NCBI GenBank assembly: GCA_040382215.1
Contig: JBEIFW010000001.1
Span: forward strand, 1 to 62,351
Length of the DNA stretch: 62,351 nt
Direction of reading: 5' to 3'
Source of the DNA: Acidimicrobiales bacterium
Lineage (GTDB): Bacteria > Actinomycetota > Acidimicrobiia > Acidimicrobiales > Ilumatobacteraceae
The notes beneath the pieces were generated by a model that saw only the letters and a program-made list of their open reading frames with translations, did no database searches and was not told the DNA's origin. A program made the translations under genes and the position numbers. Positions 37,576 through 46,893 of this stretch are shown here, piece after piece. How positions within the stretch are numbered: position 1 is the stretch's first letter; every line of letters starts with the position of its first letter.

Positions 37576-38540
37576 CGGGGCATCTCGGGTGGCGGCAGCG
37601 ACGATCCCGGTACCGATGTGCCGCGATAGGTCTGGGCGTGTTGCGTCGCCTGCAGGAACGCCTCCTCCAAGCTGGGCTCGACCGGGCTGAGCTCGTGCAG
37701 GACGAGGCCCGCTGCAGCGGCGAGCTCGCCGATACGGGAGGCGTCCGTTCCGGTCACCTGCAACGAGTCGTCCGGGAGCACACGCACCCCTGCGCCCTCG
37801 GCTTCGAGTCGTTGCCGCAGGCGGGCCGCCTGCGGAGCGCGCACCCGCACCCAGGACGACACCGTCGCCCGAACGAACTCCGAGACCGAGCCGGCCGCCA
37901 GCAACCGACCTTGGCCGATGACCACCAGATCGTCGGCCGTGTGCGCCATCTCGGCCAGCAGGTGGCTCGACACGAGCACCGTGCGGCCCTCCCCGGCGAG
38001 GTAGCGCAGGAACTGGCGGACCCACGAGATCCCCTCGGGATCCAGGCCATTGACCGGTTCGTCGAGCAGGAGGACCGCAGGGTCGCCGAGCAGCGCTGCG
38101 GCCAGCCCGAGTCGCTGGCGCATACCAAGCGAGAACCCGCCGACCCGGCGCCGGGCAACCCCGGTCAAGCCCACCATCGCCAGTACCTCGGCCACCCGGG
38201 CATCGGGAATTGCGTTGGCGGCGGCGACGATCCGAAGGTGCGCACGCGCCGTGCGCGCCGGGTGCAGGTACCCGGCGTCGAGGATCGCCCCGACCCGGGT
38301 GAGCGGCCGGTCGAGACTGCGGTACGGCACCCCGCCGAATCGGCACGATCCGGCGTCGGGCCGGTCGAGGCCGAGCATGCAGCGCAGGGTCGTCGATTTC
38401 CCCGACCCGTTGGGGCCGAGGAAGCCCGTCACCCGACCGGGGTGCACGGTGAACGACAGATCGTCCACCGCAAGCACCGGGCCGTAGCGCTTCGTCAGAC
38501 CCGCCACGACGATCTCGGTTCCGGCCACGGTTTCCATCAT
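37572..38540 (-). CDS. ABC transporter ATP-binding protein (ABC-2/NatA-like)
   Basis: 322 aa with Walker A GPNGSGKST, signature FSLGMRQR and Walker B LLLDEP. Confidence 0.9.
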   Translation of the reverse strand: MMETVAGTEIVVAGLTKRYGPVLAVDDLSFTVHPGRVTGFLGPNGSGKSTTLRCMLGLDRPDAGSCRFGGVPYRSLDRPLTRVGAILDAGYLHPARTARAHLRIVAAANAIPDARVAEVLAMVGLTGVARRRVGGFSLGMRQRLGLAAALLGDPAVLLLDEPVNGLDPEGISWVRQFLRYLAGEGRTVLVSSHLLAEMAHTADDLVVIGQGRLLAAGSVSEFVRATVSSWVRVRAPQAARLRQRLEAEGAGVRVLPDDSLQVTGTDASRIGELAAAAGLVLHELSPVEPSLEEAFLQATQHAQTYRGTSVPGSSLPPPEMPR

Positions 38541-38803
38541 GCGTCCTCGGTGGCCTCGAGCCGTTCACCCTCCCGGCGCCGGGGCGTTGCCTCCGCTGCG
38601 TCGCGCGCTGCGGCCTCGGCGGCGTAGACGGTGATCAGGCCGGCGATCACGGCGAGCGCCACCCGGCAGAAGGTGAGGGCAACCGCGAAACGCAGTCCGG
38701 CCACGGGGAGAGAGGTGTCGCCGCTCAGCACGCCTTCGAAGGTGGGCAGGCACAAGGCCAAGGCCACCACCAGCGCAACCGAGAGCTTGCTGGGACCGCT
38801 CAA
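38537..38803 (-). CDS. small hypothetical membrane protein
   Basis: 88-aa ORF with two hydrophobic segments and a charged tail. It starts 13 nt after the flhF-like stop, and its stop overlaps the ABC ATPase start by 4 nt. No recognisable family. Confidence 0.4.
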   Translation of the reverse strand: MSGPSKLSVALVVALALCLPTFEGVLSGDTSLPVAGLRFAVALTFCRVALAVIAGLITVYAAEAAARDAAEATPRRREGERLEATEDA

Positions 38804-38816
38804 GGACGCTGTCCGC

Positions 38817-39881
38817 TCAGGCGACGAGCGTCGCCAACGGGCGCTCGAACGTGGCGAGGCGGTCGTTCAGCAGCGACGCCCACCGAAGCGCGCTGGCCGG
38901 ATGGCCGTCGAGCCGGGCAACGGGGATCCCGGCCCGCAGGACCGCAGCCGGGCTCTCGGTCTCGTCGAGCCCCCGCACGGCGAGGGCGTCGATGCCACCG
39001 ACCCGTTCGGCCCACACGCGCACGTCCTCGGGCTTGCGGGCCGCGTCGACCACTGCCCAGACCGCTGCGGGCTCGAGCACCCGCAGGAGGTTCGCCGCCC
39101 AACCCACCGCCGCCCGGCCGAGCGGGGAGTCGATGACGACGATCACCGGCTCGTCGGCCTCGCGGGCCTCGGCCCGCAGCGCCGAGGCCGCCGATACCGA
39201 TGCGATCCGGCGCTCCGGCGGAATGGTGGCGATGCCGCGCGCCGTCGTGGCCACGTAGATCCGCTCCGGATTGAGGAGGAGCTCCGTGGCGAGCTCACCG
39301 GCGAGCGCCATCGCCGCACTGCGGTCGCCGAGCAACGCGATGACCGAACCGCCGCGGTGGGGCAGCGCCCGGGCTTCCGGCAGGAGCCCGAGCCGCTCGA
39401 CCAACGCACCGGTGTCCTGCGACGCCGGAACGAGCAATTCTGGCAGCCCGAGGCGCACCAGCGAAGCCGCCTGCGCCTGTCGATCCTCCGCGCTCGTGTC
39501 CGGCGTCGTACGGGCCGACGGCGACACCGCAACGACCGGCTCGCCTCCCTGCACCAGTCGGGCGAGCACCGATCCGAACGCCGGCCGCTCGGTCGACGGC
39601 GCCGACGACCGGCCGGTCCGGGCCCCGGCCAGGACAGCCTGGTCCGAGTCGCTCACGGACTCCACCAGCTCGAGCAGGCCGGAACGACCCGCCGGTCCGG
39701 TAGCGGGCGCCTCGTCGGGCACGCGCACCTCGACGACGAAACGCTCCTTGGTGAAGAAGCCGAACATCCCGCCCGTGCGGCGCCGATCGGCACGCACGAT
39801 GGCGGCCGAAGGGCCGAGCGCTTCTTGCACCTCGCCGAGCACGTCGTCGAGGCGAGCGCCTTCGAACGTCCTGGTTGCCAT
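38817..39881 (-). CDS. flhF: FlhF-like protein with degenerate GTPase motifs
   Basis: The N-terminus MATRTFEGARLDDVLGEVQEALGPSAAIVRADRRRTGGMFGFF matches the FlhF B-domain start. The C-terminal half follows SRP-GTPase topology, but G1 reads VIALLGDRSAAMALAGELA, G3 reads VVIDSPLGR and G4 reads AVRGLDETESP. It sits immediately downstream of flhA. Confidence 0.7.
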   Translation of the reverse strand: MATRTFEGARLDDVLGEVQEALGPSAAIVRADRRRTGGMFGFFTKERFVVEVRVPDEAPATGPAGRSGLLELVESVSDSDQAVLAGARTGRSSAPSTERPAFGSVLARLVQGGEPVVAVSPSARTTPDTSAEDRQAQAASLVRLGLPELLVPASQDTGALVERLGLLPEARALPHRGGSVIALLGDRSAAMALAGELATELLLNPERIYVATTARGIATIPPERRIASVSAASALRAEAREADEPVIVVIDSPLGRAAVGWAANLLRVLEPAAVWAVVDAARKPEDVRVWAERVGGIDALAVRGLDETESPAAVLRAGIPVARLDGHPASALRWASLLNDRLATFERPLATLVA

Positions 39882-39908
39882 GGTTGGTTCCTTCCTCAGT
39901 TGACGGGG

Positions 39909-41954
39909 TCAGACCCGAAGCAGTTGGTCAGGGCGGAGCACGCCAATGGTCTCGATCTCGAGTTGGTCGCCCAACTCGCCGTACGAGAGCACCGGCAACA
40001 GCGGCAAGCTGGTGCGAGTCAGCCGCCGCAGCGACGCCCGCAGCGCGGGCGAGCACACCAGCGCAGGCCGGTCGCCTCGCTGCTCGGCCATCCGCTGCAG
40101 CTCCGCGAGGGTGGACAGGATCGCCTGCATGGCATCGGCGTCGAGCGCGAGGAACGTGCCCCCGTCACCGGCTCGCACCCGTTCAACGAGCGAGTGTTCG
40201 AACAGCGGGTCGATCGTGATGACACAGAGTCGGCGGCCCGACGCATGGGCGGCAGCGATCGCCGGGCCGAGCGCGGCTCGGGCCGCTTCGGTGAGGACCT
40301 CTCGCTCCTTGGACTGGCGGCCCCGGGCCGAGACCGCCTCGAGGATGCGCACCAGATCCCGGACCGACACCTGCTCGTCGAGCAAGTCGTGCAACACCTG
40401 TTGGACGTCGGCGAGCGACAGCCCGGACGCGTTCAACTCGTCGACTACGACCGGGTCCGTCCCCTTGACCGCGTCGACGAGCAACTTGACGTCCTGGCGG
40501 CTGAGGATCCGTGTCGCATTGAGACGCACGACCTCTGCGAGATGGGCCGTGATCACCGAACCGCGGTCGATCACCGTTGCGCCGGAAACCTCGGCGTGGA
40601 CGCCGAACTCGGCGGGCACCCACGCCGCCTCGGTGCCGAAGACAGGGTCCAGCGTGGGCTGCGCAGGGATCCCGGGAGGTACCGGGCCGAGCACGAGGAT
40701 CTTCCCCGGGGGCGCTTCGCCCCGCCCCACTTCGACGCCGTGCACCCGGATCGCGTAGGCGGTGTCGGGCAGGTCGAACGAATCACGGGTCCGCACCGGC
40801 GGGATCACGATCCCGATCTCCATGGCGATCTTGCGCCGCAGGGCCCGGACCCGATCGAGGAGATCGCCGCCTCGCGCGCTGTCGACGAGATCGACGAGCC
40901 CATAGCCGATCTCGAGCTCGAGCGGATCGACCCGGGACGCCGCCACGAGCTCCTCGGGCGTCTCCCGGCGGACACCTTCGGTCGCCGCCGTGTCCGTGAC
41001 GACCGGGGAGGCCTCGACCCGACCCTCGACCCGGCTGGCGACGAGCAAGAGCCCGCCGCCGAGCGCCAGGAACGGGAGCTTGGGGATACCCGGCATCAGC
41101 GCAAAGGCCAGGATCGAGCCGCCGGCGATCTGCAGCACCCGCCGGTGGGCACCGATCTGGGAGATCAGATCGCTGCCGAGGTCCTGCTCGGTCGCGGCCC
41201 GGGTCACGATGAGACCGGCAGCGATCGCGATCAACAGCGCAGGGACCTGCGACACCAAACCGTCGCCCACGGTGAGCAAGGCGTAGGTGCTCATCGCCTG
41301 CGACAGGTCCATGCCGCGCTGCAGGACGCCGATCACGAACCCGCCGACCAGGTTGAGGACGGTGATGATGATCGCGGCGATGGCATCGCCCTTGACGAAC
41401 TTCGATGCGCCGTCCATCGCCCCGTAGAAATCCGCCTCGGCGGCGATCTCCTTGCGGCGGCGGCGGGCCTCGTCTTCGTTGATGAGCCCGGAATTGAGAT
41501 CGGCGTCGATCGCCATCTGCTTGCCGGGCATGGCGTCCAGGGTGAATCGGGCGGCGACCTCGGCCACGCGGCCGGCGCCGTTGGTGATCACGACGAACTG
41601 GATGACGACCAGGATGAAGAAGATCACGAGGCCGACGACCAGGTTGCCGCCGATGACGATGTGCCCGAAAGCTTGGACGACCTTGCCGGCATATCCGTCG
41701 GTGAGCACGGCCCGTGCCGTCGAGACGTTCAGGGCAAGGCGGAACAACGTGGCGATCAGAAGCAGCGACGGGAAGATCGAGAAATCGAGCGGGCGACGAA
41801 CGAACATCGACGTGAGCAGAACAACGATCGCCAACGCGATCGAGGTCGCGACCAGAAGGTCGATGAGGAACGGCGGCGGGGGCACCACCAGCATGAGCAC
41901 GACCCCGACGACGAGGACGGGGACGGCGACCGGACCGATCCGGCTCCGAGACAA
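39909..41954 (-). CDS. flhA: flagellar type III export gate protein FlhA
   Basis: 681 aa with the FHIPEP signature (FVKGDAIAAIIITVLNLVGGFVIG) and a large cytoplasmic domain. TTG start follows AGGAG. Confidence 0.97.
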   Translation of the reverse strand: MSRSRIGPVAVPVLVVGVVLMLVVPPPPFLIDLLVATSIALAIVVLLTSMFVRRPLDFSIFPSLLLIATLFRLALNVSTARAVLTDGYAGKVVQAFGHIVIGGNLVVGLVIFFILVVIQFVVITNGAGRVAEVAARFTLDAMPGKQMAIDADLNSGLINEDEARRRRKEIAAEADFYGAMDGASKFVKGDAIAAIIITVLNLVGGFVIGVLQRGMDLSQAMSTYALLTVGDGLVSQVPALLIAIAAGLIVTRAATEQDLGSDLISQIGAHRRVLQIAGGSILAFALMPGIPKLPFLALGGGLLLVASRVEGRVEASPVVTDTAATEGVRRETPEELVAASRVDPLELEIGYGLVDLVDSARGGDLLDRVRALRRKIAMEIGIVIPPVRTRDSFDLPDTAYAIRVHGVEVGRGEAPPGKILVLGPVPPGIPAQPTLDPVFGTEAAWVPAEFGVHAEVSGATVIDRGSVITAHLAEVVRLNATRILSRQDVKLLVDAVKGTDPVVVDELNASGLSLADVQQVLHDLLDEQVSVRDLVRILEAVSARGRQSKEREVLTEAARAALGPAIAAAHASGRRLCVITIDPLFEHSLVERVRAGDGGTFLALDADAMQAILSTLAELQRMAEQRGDRPALVCSPALRASLRRLTRTSLPLLPVLSYGELGDQLEIETIGVLRPDQLLRV

Positions 41955-42075
41955 CAGCTGCTCCTAACGAGGCCGCCGTCCTTGGGCCTGTGGCGACCGC
42001 CGTCCTGGCCGTCACTGCATCCATCGGCCTGTCCCGGGCGACCTTGAGCACCACCTTGCCGGTCGTGCGAAGTCC

Positions 42076-43155
42076 TCAGCCCGGGAGCACGAGATCGCCA
42101 CCGAAGGCAGCCCGACGCACGGTGAACAAGAACGCCAGCACCTTGGCGACGGCCTCGTACAGCGAGGCCGGGATCTCTTCGTCCACCTCGCAGGCGTCGT
42201 GGAGGGTGCGCGCCAAGGGCACGTCGCGCACGATCGGGACGCCGTGCTGCTCGGCCCGCTCCCGGATCTTCAGCGCCACGGCCCCTTTACCCTTGGCCAC
42301 CACCTTCGGCGCCCGTTCGCCCTCGCGATACGCAAGCGCAACGGCGACATGCGTCGGGTTCACGATCACGACCGAAGCATCCGCCACGGAGGTGATCATG
42401 CGGTTCCGACTCACGGCGAGCTGACGCCGCTTGATCCCGGCCTTGGACTCCGGGTTGCCTTCCTGCTGCTTGCCCTCCTCGCGGATCTCCTGCTTCGACA
42501 TCCGCAACGACTTGCGGGTCCGGCGCTGCGCCAGGCCGTAGTCGACCAGCGCGAGCAGCAGTCCCGCCATGGCGATCCGCCGAGTGATGTCGAGGCTCGT
42601 CGAGCCGATCAACAGGATCGTGGCACCGAGTTCCGGGCGACCGTTCGACAGCAGCGACTCGACGAGCGAGCGCGACATCGGCCACGCAACCCCGGCGAGC
42701 ACGAGGGTCTTCAGGACCATCTTGACCAGGTTCCACAGACTCTCCGGGGAGAACAGACGCTTGAGACCCTTGAGCGGGTTGAGTCGGTCGAAGCGCGGCT
42801 TGAGGAGCGAGAACGAGGCCACGAAGCCGGTCTGCAACACGTTCGAGACCACGGCGGTGCCGAGGACCGCGAGCGTCAGTGGTGCGACGATGAGCACGGT
42901 CTGCTCCGCAGCGAAACGCAGCCACTCGATCATCACCTCCGGTCCGGACCGGCTGTCGATGCCCCGGAGCCCGCCCATCGCGAGGGTGGCGGTCTCCATC
43001 ATGTGGCTCGCCGTGGCGGGGATCACGAAGGAGGCGACCAAAAGCTCTCCCCACAGGGCGAGCTCGGGCGTCTTGGCGATCTCGCCTTTCTTGCGCGCCT
43101 CTTTCTTGCGTTTCCCGGTGGGCGCTTCGGTCTTGTCGTTGTCGCCGAGCGCCAT
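42076..43155 (-). CDS. flhB: flagellar export switch protein FlhB
   Basis: 359 aa. The N-terminus is DKTEAPTGKRKKEARKKGEIAKT, with four TM segments and the NPTH autocleavage motif (VIVNPTHVAVAL). Confidence 0.95.
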   Translation of the reverse strand: MALGDNDKTEAPTGKRKKEARKKGEIAKTPELALWGELLVASFVIPATASHMMETATLAMGGLRGIDSRSGPEVMIEWLRFAAEQTVLIVAPLTLAVLGTAVVSNVLQTGFVASFSLLKPRFDRLNPLKGLKRLFSPESLWNLVKMVLKTLVLAGVAWPMSRSLVESLLSNGRPELGATILLIGSTSLDITRRIAMAGLLLALVDYGLAQRRTRKSLRMSKQEIREEGKQQEGNPESKAGIKRRQLAVSRNRMITSVADASVVIVNPTHVAVALAYREGERAPKVVAKGKGAVALKIRERAEQHGVPIVRDVPLARTLHDACEVDEEIPASLYEAVAKVLAFLFTVRRAAFGGDLVLPG

Positions 43156-43156
43156 C

Positions 43157-43918
43157 TCACTCCCCGAAGAACCGGGCGACGGAGCGGGTCGCCATCTCGA
43201 CGAGTCCTCCGACCTGGCCGCCGAGGAGCACGATCGAGGTCCCGACGATCAACAAGGTGAGGAGGATCTTGAGCGGTACGCCGAGCAGAACGACGTTGAG
43301 CGTCGGGGCGGCCTTGGAGAGCAACCCGAGCACGAGGTCGGTCACGAACATCACCGCCACGACGGGAAGCGCTATCTGGAGAGCCGCAACCATGAGACCC
43401 GCGACGTCGGCTCGCAGGATCGCGGGCATCCGTTCGACGCTGTCGACGGTGAGGGGCGCGGCCTCGAACGAGGCCAACAGCCCGCGCACGAGGACGAGGT
43501 GTCCGTCGGACACCAGGAGCAATGTGATGGCGACGAGTTCGTAGAAGCGGGCGAACAGCGACACCGTCGTCGAGGTGTTGGGGTCGTACACCTGCGCCAT
43601 GGCGAAGCCGCCCGAGAGGTCGATCAGCGATCCCGCGGCGGGAACCGCCTGGAACAGCAGATTCACCACCGCACCGAAGACGAAGCCGGCGAGCGCCTGA
43701 CCGACGACGGAGACGACGAGCGGAGCGGCCTCGAGCGGGACCGCTTGCTCGGCGAGCCGGGGACCGACCGCGAGCGACAGCGCAACGGCGAGCCCGGCCC
43801 GGACCCGACGCGGGATGGCCCGCCGGTTGAACGGAGGGCAGAAGGCCACGAAGGCGCCACAGCGAGCGAGGGCGAGCAGGTAGCCGCTGACGAGCGCCGG
43901 TGACACGTCGAGCGTCAT
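43157..43918 (-). CDS. fliR: flagellar export apparatus protein FliR
   Basis: 253-aa polytopic protein between fliQ and flhB, with a 1-nt gap to flhB. Confidence 0.9.
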   Translation of the reverse strand: MTLDVSPALVSGYLLALARCGAFVAFCPPFNRRAIPRRVRAGLAVALSLAVGPRLAEQAVPLEAAPLVVSVVGQALAGFVFGAVVNLLFQAVPAAGSLIDLSGGFAMAQVYDPNTSTTVSLFARFYELVAITLLLVSDGHLVLVRGLLASFEAAPLTVDSVERMPAILRADVAGLMVAALQIALPVVAVMFVTDLVLGLLSKAAPTLNVVLLGVPLKILLTLLIVGTSIVLLGGQVGGLVEMATRSVARFFGE

Positions 43919-43931
43919 GGGCCGGGACGCC

Positions 43932-44204
43932 TCAGGTGCCCACGAGCATCGGAACCATCGCGAACAGGTCGCGGGTGAACGCGATCAGTTGCTCGAGCAT
44001 CCAGTTGCCCGACACGACGATTACCGCTCCGACCGCGATGAGCTTCGGTACGAAGCTCAAGGTGAACTCCTGGATCATCGTGGCCGACTGCACGAGCGAG
44101 ACGAGGAACCCGACCGCGAGGCTCACGACGAGGATCGGACCGGCGAGCTTTGCCGTGACCCACATCGTCTGCACGACGATCTGCACGATGGTGCTGTCGT
44201 TCAC
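43932..44204 (-). CDS. fliQ: flagellar export apparatus protein FliQ
   Basis: 90 aa. ILVVSLAVGFLVSLVQSATMIQEFTLSFVPKL is the FliQ/HrpO signature. Confidence 0.93.
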   Translation of the reverse strand: MNDSTIVQIVVQTMWVTAKLAGPILVVSLAVGFLVSLVQSATMIQEFTLSFVPKLIAVGAVIVVSGNWMLEQLIAFTRDLFAMVPMLVGT

Positions 44205-44223
44205 GGGTAGACCTCCGTCGGCG

Positions 44224-45126
44224 TCATCGGAAGCTGGTCAGCAGCGAACTGATGAGCAGACCCCAGCCGTCGACCATCACGAACAGCAGGAGCTTGAAGG
44301 GCAACGACACCAGCGACGGCGGCAGCATCATCATCCCCATCGACATCAGCGCCGAGCTGACCACCAGGTCGATCACGAGGAAGGGGATGAACACGACGAA
44401 GCCGATGATGAAGGCCGTCTTCAGCTCCGAGAGGATGAACGCCGGGATGAGCGTGGTGAGGCTGACGTCCTCGCGAGTGGCCGGCCGCTCCTCCCGGGAG
44501 GCGTCGATCATGGTCTGCAGCTCACCGGAGCGGGTCTGGTCGAGCATGAACTCCTTCATCGGCCCGGCGACGGCCTCGTAGGCCTGCTCGGTCGTGATGT
44601 TCCCGTCGAGGTACGGCTTGAGGCCGTCGTTCCACGCTTTGGTCAACGTCGGGCTCATGACGAACAGGGTGAGGAACAACGCCAAGCCCGTGATCACCTG
44701 GTTCGGGGGGACGGTCGGTAACCCGAGGGCGTTGCGGGCCAGCGACAGGACGATCACAATTCGGGTGAACCCGGTCAGCATGATCACCAGCGACGGGGCC
44801 AGCGACAGCAGGGTCAGCAGAACGATCACGAGCACGCTCTGGCTGGGCCGGTCGGCCACGCCCGGGAGCGAGACGTCGATCGACAGGTTCGAGTCTCCGG
44901 TGCTCGCCGCCGGACTCGAGACGGATGGCACCGTCACGGTCGGCACCCCGGCACCGGGCTGGCCGGCGACCGGACCCGAAGGCAACTCGGTGTCCGGGGT
45001 CTGGGCGAGGGCCGGCGACGCGCCCAGCAGGAACAGCACGGTCAGCGCGGCGACCACAGCCACAGCGAGCGCCGCCGGCGCTGCGGCGATCGCAGCCCAG
45101 CGGGCGCGTCGGGAAGGGAGGGCCAT
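44224..45126 (-). CDS. fliP: flagellar export apparatus protein FliP
   Basis: 300 aa with a long signal/Pro-Ser-rich N-terminus, then the core FTRIVIVLSLARNALG ... PPNQV ... FILSELKTAFIIGF ... PFLVIDLVVSS. Confidence 0.95.
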   Translation of the reverse strand: MALPSRRARWAAIAAAPAALAVAVVAALTVLFLLGASPALAQTPDTELPSGPVAGQPGAGVPTVTVPSVSSPAASTGDSNLSIDVSLPGVADRPSQSVLVIVLLTLLSLAPSLVIMLTGFTRIVIVLSLARNALGLPTVPPNQVITGLALFLTLFVMSPTLTKAWNDGLKPYLDGNITTEQAYEAVAGPMKEFMLDQTRSGELQTMIDASREERPATREDVSLTTLIPAFILSELKTAFIIGFVVFIPFLVIDLVVSSALMSMGMMMLPPSLVSLPFKLLLFVMVDGWGLLISSLLTSFR

Positions 45127-45138
45127 GACGGCGCCGGG

Positions 45139-45555
45139 TCAGGACCGACGAACGGTCCGTTCCCGCAGATCCTCGATCATGCCCTTCCATGCCGGAGGCA
45201 GGGCGAGAGCCCGGCCGGGCGACGTCGTCCCTGACGCCGCAGGATCCGGCGGCGTTGCCGCCGGTTCGATTTCGATGGGCGCTGCACCCAGCGCACCCAG
45301 GTCGGTCTCGGCCAAGACCTGCACGCTGGAGTCCGTGACTCCGAGCACAAGGCCCCGGTCACCCGCCCGCAGCACGACGACCTGGGAACGCTTGGTGAGG
45401 GATTGCCGGGCCAGCACCTCGATCGGGGTGCCCCGGCGCCGCGTGCCCGTTCGACCCCGCCGGTAGACCCTGGCGCACAAAGCGATCAGCCCGAGCACCA
45501 CGGCCATCGAGAAGACGAAGCGCACGAACAGCGCAAGGCCGGACCCACCGCTCAT
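45139..45555 (-). CDS. fliO: FliO/FliZ-like flagellar export accessory protein
   Basis: 138 aa with a single N-terminal TM, then IEVLARQSLTKRSQVVVLRAGDRGLVLGVTDSSVQVL, the usual FliO core pattern. It is positioned between fliN and fliP. Confidence 0.6.
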   Translation of the reverse strand: MSGGSGLALFVRFVFSMAVVLGLIALCARVYRRGRTGTRRRGTPIEVLARQSLTKRSQVVVLRAGDRGLVLGVTDSSVQVLAETDLGALGAAPIEIEPAATPPDPAASGTTSPGRALALPPAWKGMIEDLRERTVRRS

Positions 45556-45914
45556 GCGACCAGGCCCCGACGATCGTGGCCGTAGCCGACGACCTCGATG
45601 ATGCGGACGGCGAACTCTTCGTCGAGCACGACGACCTCACCACGAGCGATGAGCGTGCCGTTCACGAGGACGTCGATCGGGGTGCCGACCGCACGATCCA
45701 ACGCCACCACGGAGCCTGGTGCGAGATCGAGGATCTCCTTCACCCGGAGTCGAGCGCGCCCGAGCTCGGCGGTGACGCCCATCTCGACGTCGTACAGCAG
45801 TTCCAACCCGCCGGCCGTGCCGCCGATACTCGACACCAGCGGTTCGAATTCGAGCGACTCCGCACCGTCGGGGCCGTCGGTGGGCTCGAGGCCCTCGTCG
45901 TCTTCCGCGCTCAT
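45552..45914 (-). CDS. fliN: flagellar motor switch protein FliN
   Basis: 120 aa. The SpoA/FliN domain is LLYDVEMGVTAELGRARLRVKEILDLAPGSVVALDR ... VLVNGTLIARGEVVVLDEEFAVRI. Confidence 0.9.
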   Translation of the reverse strand: MSAEDDEGLEPTDGPDGAESLEFEPLVSSIGGTAGGLELLYDVEMGVTAELGRARLRVKEILDLAPGSVVALDRAVGTPIDVLVNGTLIARGEVVVLDEEFAVRIIEVVGYGHDRRGLVA

Positions 45915-46816
45915 CGGGTCTCCACCGGTTCGACGATCTGGCAGGCCAGGTGCTTGCCGCGCCGGCCTGGTTGGGCAACGAAGCAGGGAACACCCTCGAT
46001 CGAGACCGTCAGGGGCAACCCGACGGGGTGCTCGAGCGACAGCAGGTCCCCAGGGCGGAGACCGACGATGTCCGCAGAGGGCAACGACACCTCACGGAAC
46101 CGGACCCGCAGCTCCACGGTGGCGTCGCCGACACGGTCGGCGAGCGCGGCGCGCAACCGCGGCGGGTCGAACACGGCGCTCTTGGCCCGATCTTTGTTCG
46201 CCAGTTCGTCGAGCAGCGGCTCGAGCATGGCGAAGGGCAGGCCGAGGATCCAGGTCGTCTTCACATCGCCGATGCTCACCTGGAGCTCCAGGTTGAGCAC
46301 CGTCTCTGCAGTTGCGGCGATCTGGGCGAACTGGGGGTTCGACTCCGAGCGTACGAACTCCGGGTCAAGGTCCACCAGCGGTTCGAAGGCGTACCGGAGC
46401 TCCGCGAGCATGCGCTGCACGAGCGTGCGGGCCAGCGAGCGCTCGATGTCGGTGAGTGGACGGGTCTGCGGGCGTTGCTGGCCCTGACCGCCGAGCATCC
46501 GGTCGATCATCACCAACATCGAGTCGATCGGGAGATGCAGCAGTGCCATACCCGGCATCGGCTCAAGCGTGATGATCACCAGATGCGTCGGATTGGACAT
46601 CATCCGGACGGCCTCGTCGTAGGTCGTCTGCGCAAGCGCTGTGCACTTCACCTGGGTGACGGTGCGCAACGTCGTCGACAGCAGGGTGGCGAGCTGTCGG
46701 GCCCACGACTCGCCGGTCACCTGTATGGCCCGGATGTGCTCCCGGGAGAACTTGTCCGGCTTGCGGAAGTCGTAGAGCGTGGGCTCTCCCGTGCGCATCG
46801 CCGACACCATGGGCAT
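45911..46816 (-). CDS. fliM: flagellar motor switch protein FliM (no N-terminal CheY-binding peptide)
   Basis: 301 aa starting MPMVSAMRTGEPTLYDFRKPDKFSREHIRAIQ, which goes directly into the FliM middle domain. The C-terminal FliN-like domain is present. An in-frame TGA lies 24 codons upstream, with no start codon in between. Confidence 0.9.
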   Translation of the reverse strand: MPMVSAMRTGEPTLYDFRKPDKFSREHIRAIQVTGESWARQLATLLSTTLRTVTQVKCTALAQTTYDEAVRMMSNPTHLVIITLEPMPGMALLHLPIDSMLVMIDRMLGGQGQQRPQTRPLTDIERSLARTLVQRMLAELRYAFEPLVDLDPEFVRSESNPQFAQIAATAETVLNLELQVSIGDVKTTWILGLPFAMLEPLLDELANKDRAKSAVFDPPRLRAALADRVGDATVELRVRFREVSLPSADIVGLRPGDLLSLEHPVGLPLTVSIEGVPCFVAQPGRRGKHLACQIVEPVETR

Positions 46817-46867
46817 ACCGTCGGCGCGCTCCGCCGTGATCTTGAGCCCCCGAGTACCGATTCGGGC

Positions 46868-46893
46868 AAAAACGTCCGGAAATCGTCAGGACG
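46868..46893 (-). terminator. weak hairpin (CGUCC-N11-GGACG) followed by U5 between fliL and fliM
   Basis: Read directly on the minus strand. The T5 run is unusual in this GC-rich sequence. The stem is only 5 bp, so it is at best an attenuator. Confidence 0.25.

Noticed and set aside
41955-42075. Possible small gene or RNA in the 121-nt flhB-flhA spacer.
   Set aside because: The only ORF starting there (ATGGATGCAGTG...) runs out of frame into flhA and belongs to the artefactual 40783-42054 ORF. No structured motif was recognised.
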